Of a stretch of DNA of 64,000 nucleotides, positions 23,471 through 36,063 are shown in pieces. A program made the position numbers and the translations under genes. Origin of the DNA: Callorhinchus milii. Its lineage: Eukaryota. How positions within the stretch are numbered: position 1 is the first letter of the stretch; each line of letters starts with the position of its first letter. The DNA is taken from positions 21,144,001-21,208,000 of the forward strand of contig NW_024704743.1 in NCBI RefSeq assembly GCF_018977255.1, written 5' to 3'. A model generated the notes under the pieces. It was not told the origin of the DNA and made no database searches. It saw nothing but the letters and a program-made list of their open reading frames with translations.

Positions 23471-24892
23471 GGGAAGAAAATTGGTGAAACCTCTCAAAAC
23501 TACAGGCACAGAGAGTGCTCTTTCCTCTAATGTTCCATGTTTACTTTCCTTCGCTATTTGCTTTGGCGGAGAGGGAATTATTAGAGTATTCTTTGCACGC
23601 TTAGGAATTGTACAAGAATTATGATTGTTCCTCGGTTGCAAAATTAGGTTCCATTACATTGTAAAGGCCATCATTTTGCTACTAAAGCACATCATTTAGC
23701 TAATAGCTCCCATTTGGAACATTGTTGGTGCCTGAGTATGAGGCACAGGCTAATGGTTTTCTCTGTGTCATTAACCGGCTAGCTTCAAGTGGCACTAAAG
23801 TAGAGCACCTGAGCAGAAAATTAATAGTTTCGAGGAGGGTCAAAAAGGGAGACATGTCACAAAAGGGAGCCGGTTTTTCATTTTAATACTTCATGTCTGT
23901 CACAAATCTGAGAAACGTTTATGAAGCAAAAATAATCTTGCCAAACCTCCCAGAATTCTGAAGAGTTTAACACCATTTCCAAACCTTGGATTCTAGTACT
24001 GTATGTTACAGCTTTGGGAATTTCATTACTACCAAATCTTCTGTGAATTCTTCAGAGAGGAGGTGACTTTCGTGAAAGTACTAGGCTTTGGAATCCAGCT
24101 GCTTCGCTGCTCCCAGTCCGAGATTCACAAGCTAAGCCAATGCAGACGCCGCCTCAGTGTGAGGTAAAGTGCATGTGATGGACACTAAGGATAAGCCTTG
24201 CATTTGTTATCAGCAACTTCCACGTCGAGAGGAAGTCTCAAAAACACTGTGCAAGATTATACTGTAAAGTGTAGTTTGTGTACTTTGTAGGTGAACTGAC
24301 AGTCACTAGAGGTGTGTGTGGAAGCAGTAAATGGCCAGAGTTGACAAAGGATAAGGGGATCAGTGATAGGAGATGAGCTCACAGCCACTTGTTGCAGCGT
24401 CATGTCGGGTTCAGACATTGCTTTGTTACCTGGTTGATATTCCACTCAGACACTTCTGGTTAGCACTCAAAGAACCAAACGCTGCTGATACGACTAGTGA
24501 GGTTATGGTTGCTGTTAATTGAGCAGTTCCGTGCTGATCTTGAATCTGCCATATGTCTCTGAGAATAAAGTTAAGACCCTCACTTATAACTTTCGGGCAT
24601 TTATTTCTAAGCTGCAGCTGTTTCTCTGCTGCTAAGCGGATTCTTCTGTACTTCCGCCCCTTGCAATCCAGAGCTCTGTTATTTCTACCAGTGACCTCCC
24701 AGCAGCTGAACAACCTACCAGGCTAACACACTCTGTGTAGTAATCTGCTACTGGATTTTATGTATACACACACATTGCTACCTGAAAAAACTGTAGATTA
24801 TCTTATGGACTTGCAGTTTTAAAGATAATGTAGCTAAGAATTTTATTTTCAAATGAGCAATGAGTAATGTGAAAATACTTTCATAATATGCG

Positions 24893-25256
24893 ACGGGATT
24901 TTTTTTGTTCAGCCGGATGTCTTGACGCATATGCATGCATAAGAGTATCCAAACTGTCAGAGTTCCATGTTTGCCACTCACACATGGAAATTCCTGTTCT
25001 GGAATGAAATGTATGTTCTCTCTGCTTACCTAATTCCAGAGAGTATTAGGCGTAGGTTGACGAGAGCCAAGGCTTGGGGACCCCAGAGCCCATTGGGGTA
25101 ATCTTGGTGTTTAATCAACTAAAACCCACATAGCTTGCCATTGAAAACACTGCCTGGCAAACTTCCTGCTACCTGTCCAACTGCCCTATCCATTAGGGCT
25201 TTGACTTGCAAGATTAACAGGAGCTGAGTGAGAAGTATTCCTGCCCTTAGTTACCA
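24893..25256. repeat. Unidentified dispersed repeat, copy B
   Basis: aagagtatccaaac...catggaaattcc...cttacctaattccagagagtattaggcgtaggttgacgagagccaaggcttggggacc...caggagctgagtgagaag. Confidence 0.7.
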
Positions 25257-25834
25257 AGAGTATATCCACTGTGGTATGTGTATATGCATAACAGGACTTT
25301 GCTTTGCAAATTTACTCCAGTTTTTCTCCTTGGTTAAAGTGTGTTGATTCTAGGTCTTCACACTGGTTCACGTACCTCTGATCATTTAAAATGAGCAAGG
25401 ATCAGCTTCTGAACAAAACTGACTTACTAGCAGAATGTCCTCGGTTTATATACTGGAGAACTGTAGACATCTACATTACAGTAGGAAGCCATTGTTTTAC
25501 TTGTAGTGTTTGCTTCTCCAATGAAGCCATCTATCCCAATTCCAATTCCTGAACATCCCCTTTATCTTCTAATACCCTCCCACTGCACTGCTGGTTTAAT
25601 TCCCTTTAATTCCCTTTTAGACAGCCAATTAAACTTTGTTCCAACAATAATTTAGATCTATTGTCTCTATTTTCCTTCTGAATCTTTGTCCGAAGAAGAC
25701 TCATGGTCATTCCATTGTCTTGATCTTCAAATCCCTTCATGTTCTTTTGCCCCTAACCCTAACCCCTATGGCATCTTCTCAAGCTCTATTTTTTTGCCTG
25801 TGCCCTCTATTCTTCCAACTCAGATTTAGCATGT

Positions 25835-26279
25835 TAACATGGCACAATGGTAGTATTCTCGCCTGAGTCAGAAGGTTGTGGATTCAAGCCCCACATTGGG
25901 ACTTGGAATCTCAGAGTCTAAGATGCCACTCCAATGCAGTGCTTGGGGGCGGGGGGGTGTTGCATTGTTGGAGGTGCCGTCCTTCGGTTGAGATATTAAA
26001 CTAGTCCCGTCTGCTTGTTCAGGCAGATGTTCCATCTGATCCCATCAAAGAGAATGGAGTCTCTCCCAGTTTCCTAGCCAACAATGCTCCAAATATAATT
26101 GGTCACTCACTCCATGTTCCGTGGCTATTTGTGGGACATTGCTGTGTGCAACTAGCTGCTGTGTTTCACTCACAAAATACACAGTCACTACACTTTTCAG
26201 TATTACCTGCAAAGCGCTTTGAGACATCTCATCAGCATGATAAAGGACCATATCAAAAGCAAGGATTGTTATTATTATT
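25835..26279 (+). mobile_element. Full-length SacSINE1-like Deu SINE
   Basis: tggtagtattctcgcctgagtcagaaggttgtggattcaagcc...tgcattgttggaggtgccgtccttcggttgagatattaaac...caaaagcaaggattgttattatt. Confidence 0.85.
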
Positions 26280-26599
26280 TCTTATACTATTTCTTATGCT
26301 CTGGCTAGTAGTGTTAGCATATCAGAAAACAGGCTATCCACCTAATCTTTACTGACCGAACATACAATCTGTTGATCAAAAGAGATCAATTTGTGCTCCA
26401 GATGAGCCATCTGTTAAATGGACATGGGGTCTCTGCATTTGAACTTCTAAAGTTTGCTGCCTAGGTAAAGCTTTGAAGTATTAAATGTGTGATAGCTTTA
26501 ATTTTCTACGTGGCAGTAGATCTACTATTTTTGCTAAGTTGGATGGGAAGGGTGTTTTACTTATATAATTCCCCTGGGCTCCTGGGTTTCTCAGATAGC

Positions 26600-26930
26600 T
26601 CTCAGATAGTATGTAAAGGTGCTGAGTGACATAGACCAGAAAGAGCCTTGCTTTGATCCCTTCTGTTGCTGAGTTAACAAATCTTAAATGAGGCGGTCAG
26701 TTGACCTCATCGGCCCTGGGCTAAGCTGGAGTAAAAACAGGCAGAGTTCCCTGTCCTGGGTTGCTAACAAGTAGAAATTATGTGATGAAACAGACTGAGA
26801 CGATGACATATCCCCTTCCACCTCCATTACGTACGCTTGCTGCCCCTCACTGCCCGGCTTCACTCATAAAGGATTCCACATTGGGTGAGGTATCTGCGTA
26901 ATCATGTGTCGGTCAACACTTTGAAGAGAG
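26600..26930 (+). mobile_element. AmnSINE2-like SINE
   Basis: gctgagtgacatagaccagaaag...gatccc...gctgagttaac...ccctgggcta...cactcataaaggattccacattgggtgaggta. Confidence 0.55.
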
Positions 26931-27416
26931 GAGCGGTACAAATTAGGACAGGATAAATATTAAGTACACGGGCAATCCACCTTACAATATGTTCTGTGAA
27001 GTGCTTTGAGATCTCTCAACGACGTTATAAGTCGCTATATCAAATGCAAGGAATGTTATTATAAATGGCTTCCACAAATTACGTGTGTTCTCCTTCAAAC
27101 TGGGAGAAGTGAGTTTTTCAAAGTATCCTGTCCCCCAAACCTCCAGTTAAAGTCATCATTCACTTCATAGCTGTTTGTGGGACATGGTGGTAGACAAATC
27201 GACCGCCATATTTATTTACAAATGCCTAGCCACTGCATTTAACAGCAATTTTCTGTATTAAGATATTCCGGAAATTAATCTTTCAGTGTTCGTGGGGTGT
27301 GGGGGTGGGGAGGGAGCAGGGTTAAGTTCATCTTCAAATCAGTTCATGCACATTACCGAACAGTAACAAAGCTAGTGCCTTTATCATGAATAGTTTCCAG
27401 TGTTTATCACTTGGCA

Positions 27417-27597
27417 TAATAATAATCCTTGCATTTGATATCACATTGTTGAGATGTCTCAAAGCGTTTCACAAGATGTACTGTAAAGTGGAGTGACTAT
27501 ATTTTGTGGGTGAAATGTGGCAGCTAGTTGCGCACAACAATGTCCCACAAACAGCCATGGAGTGAGTGACCAATTTTATTGGGGTGATTGATGGTCA
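27417..27597 (-). mobile_element. Deu/L2-tail SINE 3' fragment
   Basis: Standard tail plus the Deu 3' part. Confidence 0.8.
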
Positions 27598-28686
27598 GTC
27601 TATTTGTGTGTGTCTCCCTATCTATCGCTGGTTGTATGTGCAACTTCTGTTTCTTCCTCTCTAATTGGGTGTCTTTCTCAATCTCTGTTTCTCTATGTTA
27701 AAAAAAAGTTTAGAAAAAACTTCTGTTTAAAAAAAAGTTACTTTTCTTGTAATAAGCTTTTAGATCTTAATTGGAATTGCTTGGAAAGACTTTAATCTGA
27801 ATCCTCGATGTCACTGAAATCCCTAATGATGCTGATTGTTTTAGTTGGAGAGAGCAAACGTTTTTTAGGGGGTAGCGTGGCAAGGAGCAAGGAGTCCTCG
27901 GCTGTTTTTCATTATCATGCTTCCACCATGCTGTAAAACTGAGGGTTAGAGGGGGAGGAGGGAATATTTTGTTCAGATCACTTCAAGAGAAAACATGAGG
28001 TTCTTCTGCAGCCATGACCTGAGTGGAGATCGACTGCACTCTCTCTCCATTCACAGTAAAGCTGAGGAATCCTGTATGTTCTCTGGAAACCAATAACGTC
28101 AGTCTTACAGCCTCAAAGATGGTGAATGTAAGACTCTTCTAGTTCTGTTCTCTTTTAACAGCATTAGTATTGAAGATGTTTTAACTGAACGCACTTCTTT
28201 TCAAATGTAACGCTTTATAAAATAATATCCCCCTTGTGAGTGCAACTCACTCCATGCTCTTGCATGCATAATGTGTCTGGAATGCCTGTGGTCACTTTGG
28301 CAAGAGTGTTGTTAATGTCATTGCCTTTTTTAATCAAAAAAGGACAAAGCGATTTATGGATCAAAAAGCAGGAGGAATGCTTTTTTTCCCCTCTTTGATG
28401 TGAATTGATTGGGCAACCACTTTTAAGAAAAGCAAACTTAATGCACTGGAAGCCAGCAAATGCAGTGCCTGGCGTGGAGTCAGTAAAGCCCGGCAGTGAT
28501 GAGATTTCGAAGTTTGTAAACATTGGGGTCTAATTTGTGGTATTCCTTCATAGGAATTTTACTAAAGAATCCCAAATGGTGCAAAAGGGACTCCTGGAAA
28601 TCGGAAATAGGGCAGGTTGACCTGCGGCATCTCTGCTCTGATATGATCTATGCGCAGTGTAGAGTTTCCACAAATTATACTCCATT

Positions 28687-29065
28687 GTGAAGTCCTGTAG
28701 CTCAATGGTTAGAGCCCTCGCCTCACAAGCAAGAGACCTGGGTTTAATTCCCGGCAGGGCGAAACGTGGGTATGTTTCCTTACTCCACACGTCTCTGTTT
28801 ACCTAGCAGTAAGTAGGAACATGGCTGTTAGCTGATTGACAGATCGCTTTTCTGGGGGTAATAATTCCTTCAAAATAAATTAAAATAATTTGGTCACTCA
28901 ATCCACGACTGCTTGTGGGACATTACTGTGCACAATTGACTGCCGCGTTGTGTGTTTCAAGAATATACGGTCAATTCACTTTACAGCATATTTTGTGAAG
29001 TGCTTTGAGATGCCTCAAAGGCTTAATAAGGCTATATATCGAATGCAAGAATTATTATTATTATT
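28687..29065 (+). mobile_element. tRNA SINE long variant
   Basis: agtcctgtagctcaatggttagagc...tctgtttacctagcagtaagtaggaac...gaatgcaagaattattatt. Confidence 0.85.
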
Positions 29066-29469
29066 TCTTACCCCTCAGCTTCTTTACCTACGCATGTATG
29101 TAATGACAGATAGTGCTAGGTGCAGGCTCCTGTAATATAAAATGTTATTTAGTTTGATCCAGCAATACTTGATTGAACAACCAGGCCATGTTAGAATTTG
29201 TTTCAATGGAAAATGACAGAAACATCAAAGTTCTATTTTTGTCTTCGAAGTACATAATTATTTCACAGTAAAAGTTCCGTGAAGCACTTTGAGATGTGAT
29301 AAGACACTATGTCAAATACAAGAATTATTATTATAAGATCAGTTTAACCAATATGTAGAGTCCAGTTTGGTTTCCTGAGTTTAGTTTGACTTGATCTTCA
29401 AATTCCATCCATTAAAATTCTTTGGCTATGGATGGGGTTCACTGGTATTTGTCCAATAGTTTAGATTTA

Positions 29470-29916
29470 GGGTTTTTTGGTGTTAGCCGAGTGTCTGACA
29501 CATGTGGAAACCTATCACCATTGTTCAGAGTATCCAAACCAAATATGCCACCTCTACATGGAAATTCCCAAGATATTTATTGGAATGGAACGTGCACGCT
29601 CACACTGGAGGGGCGGCATCCTGCTTACTTAATTCCGGAAAGTATGAGGTGCAGGTTGGCAAGAGTGTTGGGCATCCCAGAGCGTGGCTTTCCCGCTGCT
29701 TGCCCAGCTAGGACCACAGGAGCTGAGTGGGAAGAATCATTGCCCCCAGTGACCGGTCTGCCCTTCCAAGTCCTTCCAATAAGCTAGGTTGGGCTGTTGT
29801 CAGCAGTGCCCTGGAATACTGCAGACCTGCCGAGACCACCACAGAGCATTGGCTCAATTCTCACATTCCATTGCTAAACATGCCACCTTGGAGCCAGTTC
29901 ATCAACAAGGAGACCT
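29470..29916. repeat. Unidentified dispersed repeat, copy C
   Basis: tctgacacatgtggaaacctatcacca...agagtatccaaacc...cttaattccggaaagtatgaggtgcaggttggcaagag...gtgccctgga...ccaccttggagccag. Confidence 0.7.
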
Positions 29917-30594
29917 CATTTTGTTAGTTTTTGCTTTCAACCAAAAACAACTGTTTTGTAAAGATTTTATAGTCAATAATGTTCTGCCTGGGCTCACTGT
30001 ACCACTCTGGTCTAGCTCTGAATCAGAAACTGTAAAGAGAATGCCTCAAGGGGAGGGTTAAACAGATGTTTTTCCTTGTGTGTATCAGTATTTCTGAGCA
30101 GATCAAAAATGTGCACCTTTCTGCATTTGCAAGGGCCCAGTAGAGAGCTTCAAGCAAGGATTCGTGGTTGCACGTTGTCTTCAGTTACAACAAACAATGT
30201 ACTAACAGAAATATTTCCTGGAAGGTAACCCAAGTCCTTCTGGACTTTAATAGAATTTAGTTGGCTCGCTTTCAGGAATTAGGAGAGTTCAAATGAAGGA
30301 ATTTAGAACAGGTCAAACACAAAGAGGTCAGATAGGTGTCTTGGCACAATTGAGTCTTGGAGACAAACCAGTGTAAAGACAGCAAATGTTGTATTTATAT
30401 AGCGTCCTCCCCATGTGAAAGGCTCTCTATAAATGCCATTTGTCATTGTTTGTTATTGCATGTATAGCAGAATAGAAAGCCATTGTGAAAAAAAATGTCA
30501 AGTTACTTACAGAAAGAATACTGTTCAATGCAACATGGAATTCAGTACCATGGAGTGTTGATGAAGCAGTATTGGAGACATTTGAAGCTGCTCA

Positions 30595-31790
30595 ACAACA
30601 ACAAAACAACAACAAAATTACATTTGTATAGTGCCTTTCACGTCAGGAGGATATCCCAAGGAGCTGAACAGACAGAGTTACAGACCCGAGCTGGGGGTCA
30701 GGGTTGGGGAGGATGGAGGGCAGGGGGTGAGACAGGAGGGGAGGATCTTGAGGTGGGTCTTGAAGGTGGCGAGGGAGGGGGTGAGATGGAGGGACTGTGG
30801 GATGGAGTTCCAGAGGGATGCAGAGTGGCGGAAGGCCCACCTGCCAATAATGGGGCGAGCAAGGTGGAGCAGGCGGGAGCCCACTGAACGGTGGGAACAA
30901 ACAGGATGGTAGGGGGTTAGGAGGTCGGAGAGGTAGAGGGGAGCAAGCCCATGAATGGCTTTAAAGGTGAGGACCAGGATCTTGAACTGTATCCTCTGTG
31001 TGATGGGAAGCCAGTGGAGTTGGGCAAGGATGGGGTTGTTAGAGTCGTGGAGCCTAGTGCGGAAGAGGACATGGGCTGCAGAGTTCTGGATGATCTTCAG
31101 CCTGTGGAGGGAGGAGTTGGGGAGGCTGACAAGCAATTAATTTGTATAGTCGAGCCTTGATGAAAGCAAATGTGAGGGTTTCGGTGGCCTGCAGTGTGAG
31201 ACAGTGTTGGAGCTGGCCGACATTGTGGAGGTAGGGGAACGCAGAACAGGTCATGGCGCAGATGTGGGGTAGAACGGATAGTTGAGGGTTCAAACAAGAC
31301 CCCAAGGTTCTGGACTGGCTTAGCAAGGTGAAGTGTGCATCCATGGATGGTGATGCTGTCAGCGCCTGAGGTGAGGAGGCGCTGACGGGAGCCAATCAGG
31401 AGAGCCTCAGACTTGTTGACGTTCAACTGAAGAAAGTTAGCTCTCATCCAGGACTTGATGTCTGACAGACGTTCTGTCAGGACAGTAGTGGTCCTGGAGT
31501 CAAGAGTGGAGGCAGAGAGGTATAGTTGGGTGTCATCTACATGCATGTGGAAGTTGACCCCAGGGAGCATATAGATATTGAAGAGGAGGGGACCAAGGTC
31601 AGAGCCCTGAGGAACGCCACACGAGTCAGTCCGGGGGCTAGAGGAAAAGCTATTTGAGGAAATGAAGTGCAGGCGGTGTGAGAGGTATGATCTGAACCAG
31701 TCCAGGACCAGTGGAGGTTGAGATGAGAGGAGAGGAGGTGGATGAGAATAGAGTCGAAAGCAGCAGAGAGGTCAAGGAGAGCTATCACAC
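30595..31790 (-). mobile_element. L2 LINE 3' ~1.2 kb (subfamily B) with degenerate RT core
   Basis: LLDLSAAFD (ORF 31537-31788), [11 protein letters not shown] (decayed YADD; ORF 31097-31570), LHWLPITQRIQFKIL (ORF 30678-31136); frameshifted. Confidence 0.92.
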
Positions 31791-32734
31791 AACATTTATA
31801 TTTTCTGATTCCTGACTGAATCCATTTATTTCAGACTTTTGAAGTTCAAGTTTTTAAACTGAAGAATGTCTCCAAATTATAATTGAAAAGCATTAATGCC
31901 AATCAACCCATTAAAGTCCAGTCAAAGCATGTCCTGCAGTGATAGTGGAAGATTGGTTTGGCTTTCTTTATTGATGAGGTATAAATACCACATACGAGCA
32001 GTACCTTCCGGCGTCAGACAGAGTACATGGTAACATCCCTGGATAAGGATGGCAATCTGATCTTATCTCTGATTCTGGAGATTGGTTGATGTCTTAAAGT
32101 GAATGCCAATTTATGCTCTATTAGGATAGCTCATTAATTGGTCCCACTCTGAAGCGGCGTATGATAATAATAATAATCTTTGAATTTGATCTAGTACCTT
32201 TCGCGTCGGGAGGTGCTCAAAGCATGGATTTACTGCAAAGTGAAGTGGTTTTCTCTATGTGATTGGATTCTAAGTGATTGAGGCATTCCTGACTATCCAA
32301 TGATGAACATCGTGCAACAAATTGTAAGACGGAATTTGGCTCTTCTTTTAAATTAAAATATTGTCGAAAAAATCGGGGTCCAACCCCATCCTTCTGAGGT
32401 GCTGTGACATATCTTACGTGAAGGGCCATATGAATGCAAACCATATAAATGCAAACTGTTATATTGTTCCCTTGAGAATGATTGCTTTGTATTAGCAGTG
32501 TTCACGTTCCACATTCACCTGGGGAAATAATGGTAACCTTGAAGCTGAGTAGTCTCTTTGGATTAAATAGCAGTATTTGTCATCAGCTGCTCTTGATTAG
32601 CTGCAAGTGTACAGATCAGGGATATCCTCAGTCTGTGCTGAATGAGCTCAGGGCACCAGGAAAAACACTACACTTGGCTTCAGCCTGAGGTCTAGGAAAG
32701 GGGAAAACTAGAATTTTGTTTTGATCAGATTTTG

Positions 32735-32912
32735 TAAGTCTGACACTCGCGGAAACCCATCACCATGCTTAAGAATATCCAAACCAGATTGAGAATTCCA
32801 CCAATGCATGGAAATTTTCCTATGTCTGTTTTAGAGTGTCTACTCTTTTCCCAGAAGAATGCATTCCATTTACCTAAACCTGGAAAGTATTAGGTGTAGG
32901 TTTGGCAAGATC
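32735..32912. repeat. Unidentified dispersed repeat, copy D
   Basis: tctgacactcgcggaaacccatcacca...aagaatatccaaacc...catggaaatt...tacctaaacctggaaagtattaggtgtaggtttggcaaga. Confidence 0.65.
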
Positions 32913-32984
32913 CTTCTCACCCCCTCACCCACCCCCCTGGGGGATAGTAGCCGCTAGTTGGTCAGTGTAAGCAGTGCTCCCTGC

Positions 32985-33990
32985 TTGTTGGCCTTACCAA
33001 CTCCTCCCTCCACAAGCTGCAGATCATCCAGAACTCTGCAGCCCGTGTCCTCTCCCGCACCAGGCTCCATGATCCTATCAGCCCCATCCTCGCCTGTATC
33101 CACTGGCTCCCCATCACACAGAGGATACAGTTCAAGATCCCGGTCCTCACCTTCAAAGCCCTCCATGACCTTGCTCCCCCCTACCTCTGCCACCTCCTAA
33201 CCCCCTATCAACCTGCCTACTCCCTCCACTCAGCGGGTCCGGCCCGCTTCACGTCCCCCGCCTTGCCTGCCCAACCATTGGCGAGCAAGCCTTCAGACAC
33301 TCTGCCCCCACCCCCCAGAACTCCATCCTGCAGTCCCTCCATCTCATCCCCTCCCTTACCTCTTTCAAGACCCATCTCAAGACCCTCCTCTTCGACCATG
33401 CCTTCGGTCACCCTCCTTCCCCCCCTGCCCTCCACTCTCCCTGATCCTGACCCCCAGTTTGGGTCCGAAACACTGACTGTTCAACTCCTTAGGACATCCT
33501 CCTGACGTGAAAGGCGTTATACAGTTGTAATTTTGTTGTTGCTGTCATTGTTCTCTCCATCACCAGGCTCTGTGAGCCTATCAACCCCACTCTCGCCCGG
33601 CTCCGCTGGCTCTCAATCCCCCAGAGGATAAAGTTCAACATCCTTGTCCTCACCTTCAAAGCCCCCTACTGCCTTGCTCCTTCCTACTTCTGTGACCTGT
33701 TAACCTCATATCAACCTGTCCACTCCCTCCGCTCAGTAGCCTCCAGGCTGGTACATTTCCCCAGCCCTCAGCCTTCCTCTGCCCCACTCTTTGGAAGTCC
33801 ATCCCACAGTCCCTTCGCCTTGCAGGAAAGTCTCCTTCAAGAGAATTCTCAAGATCCACTTCAACCGTGCCTTCAGCCACCCTCTTACCCTCCTGAACCC
33901 AGCCCCCTGTTTGGATCCAAATACCTGACTGTCCAGCGCCTTGGGACATCCTCCCGATCTGAAAGATACAATTATAATGTGTTGTTTTTG
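32985..33990 (+). mobile_element. Two tandem L2 3' fragments (32985-33545 and 33560-33990)
   Basis: Both carry c(a/g)ctggctc...cagaggata..gttcaa.atc..gtcctcaccttcaaagcc and the L2 tail ctgactgt.ca.c.c.tt.ggacatcctcc. Confidence 0.88.
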
Positions 33991-34489
33991 TAAACAATCC
34001 GACAAGGGAAAATCATTAAAGGGTTCTGCTGGTTAGTTGCTTCTGCAGAAATTCTTACCAGCCAGATATGGGGAGAGGAGGAGATGTTGATTGGGTGGGA
34101 GGGGGGAGATTTGAGCATGATACCAGGTGGGTAAGGGACAATGGGTAGACAGGATACAATAATAATAATAATAATTCTTGCTTTTGATTTGGAGGCCTTA
34201 TCACGTCTTTGAATCGTCTCAAAGAATTGAAGTGAATTGACTGTATATTTTGTGGGCAAAACGCAGCAGCAGCACAGCAGCGTCCCACAAGCAGTCAGTC
34301 TTCACTGAGTGAAGGGAGCAGCTGGATTTGTTGGGTAATAGGAGGTTGCATTACCATATTTACTTGAATCGATGGCACCACTGAATCTAAGTTATCGGCT
34401 GATTTTTGAGGGATTGGGAGGTAAAATAATACACCACTCTCCTATTCACAGAAAAAAAAGGACTTGCGCTACACATTTTACCGTCAAAT

Positions 34490-34700
34490 TAAAAAAAATT
34501 CTTTCTCTAACTCTTTCTTATATCTCTTTGTTTTTATTCTATTTATCTTTGTGGGTTTCTCTCACTCTGACTTTCTTTCTGTCTCTATCACTATTTGTAC
34601 ATCTCTCACTCTCTATGTTAACCTGTCATGTGCTCTGTCTCTTTCTTTTTCTGACTCTCTCTCAGTATCTCTGTCTCAGTCTCTGTTCCTACCTTTAATC
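34490..34700. repeat. CT-rich low-complexity tract (degenerate (TC)n/(TCTG)n)
   Basis: Strong pyrimidine bias; explains the Leu/Ser/Phe ORFs 34372-34698 and 34464-34754. Confidence 0.85.
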
Positions 34701-35099
34701 TTGCACTCTACCTGGAAAAAGAAAATAAACAGTACCTGTTCGCACAGGTATTAAAATTGTGTGCAGACATTGAGCTCAAGCCATTAACTTATTTTCCAAT
34801 AACTAGAGATGATATTTGCATTCAGTGACAATTATCCTGGAGGAATGTTCTGTTCTCTCAGATCAGACCTTCGCTCTGTAAACACAGACAAAAATACTCT
34901 CAACATATTTATATGGTGATTCAGTAATTTTAAAAGGGTGATAATCTCTGGCTGATATGGGCAGAACTGAGGTCACATGTTTTGATGATGTTAGTCAAAT
35001 GTTTTGGGTTATTCTAATAGGAGCATTCAATTGGATCTTAAATTGGTAAATCTGATTAGGAAATGCATTGAAATGTGCATAAATCCACAGATATGCCTG

Positions 35100-35530
35100 G
35101 CTGCTTTCCTCTCCTCCCCCTCCCCCCCTCCCCATCTCTTTTGCCCCTGGATATAAATTGTGAGTGTTAAGGTTTCTCTGTTAAGAGTCAGGAAAGCATC
35201 CTGTATACAGTATAGGAAAGGAAGCCACCGTCTGTGTAATGGGAATGTTAAGGAAATGTGTATGTGACGGGTGCCTGTTCCAGTCCACCAAACAATAAAT
35301 GAGTATGCGACTCGGGCACTGCTCGCTCTATTAACACTTAATTATTGTTCTGGAAGTTTAGACTCTCCTTGTGTGTATGTGTGTGTGTATTTGTGTAGCT
35401 TGCAATGCTCAATGAAGTCAGACTTATGCTTTGATTGCAAAACCACACATTGTTTCCATTTTCCTTGGGGAAATCACTGCCTCAAGGGGAGAGGGGGACT
35501 TTTAAAAAGACAGCTGCACACAGTAAGTTT
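35100..35530 (+). promoter_or_regulatory. Candidate KIAA1217 promoter or upstream non-coding exon
   Basis: Repeat-free block with a C-rich Sp/KLF-like tract, ATATAAA near 35151, an E-box and the donor ACA|GTAAGT (GT at 35523), 1.3 kb upstream of the ATG exon. Confidence 0.3.
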
Positions 35531-35797
35531 CAGATTTATAACTAAAACGAGTTCTGTTTTGTCTCAGTGGTTTTCCGTTCATGTTTGCAATTGTCTTTGC
35601 TAATATTTAACAACTGTAGGGAAAAAAAACTAATAGGAACTTTTATTTTATGTATGTGCTTCATTTAATGTGCGTGTGAACAAATTTCTTTGTGCTTGGT
35701 TTGATTACAATACTGTATTTTTGCGCAAAAGAAAGTGTGATAAGACTAATTTTAGAGTGGTCCTATCTTTCCAAGCTGTCTCTGGCTAGTATTTGGA

Positions 35798-36063
35798 TTA
35801 TAATAATAATTGATAATCCTTGCATTTGATATATCGCCTTTCACGTTGGGGGATGTTTGAAAACGCTTCACAGGTACTTTACAGTAAATCCTGTGAAGCG
35901 CTTTCAGATGTCTTGACAATGTTATAAAACACTATATCAAATGCAAGGATTAAATTTTATTCTGAAAAGTGGTGTGACTGTGTATTTTGTCGGTGAGCAT
36001 ATCAGCCAATTTGCACACAGCAATGTCCCACAAACAGCCATGAAATGAGTGACTAATTTTATT
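35798..36063. mobile_element. Minus-strand SINE containing an inverted SINE tail (fold-back)
   Basis: Minus tail 35798-35875, plus tail 35877-35952, then the minus SINE body continues 35961-36063. Confidence 0.75.

Noticed and set aside
34372..34754. Hydrophobic membrane-protein-like ORFs
   Set aside because: Translation of a CT-rich low-complexity tract.
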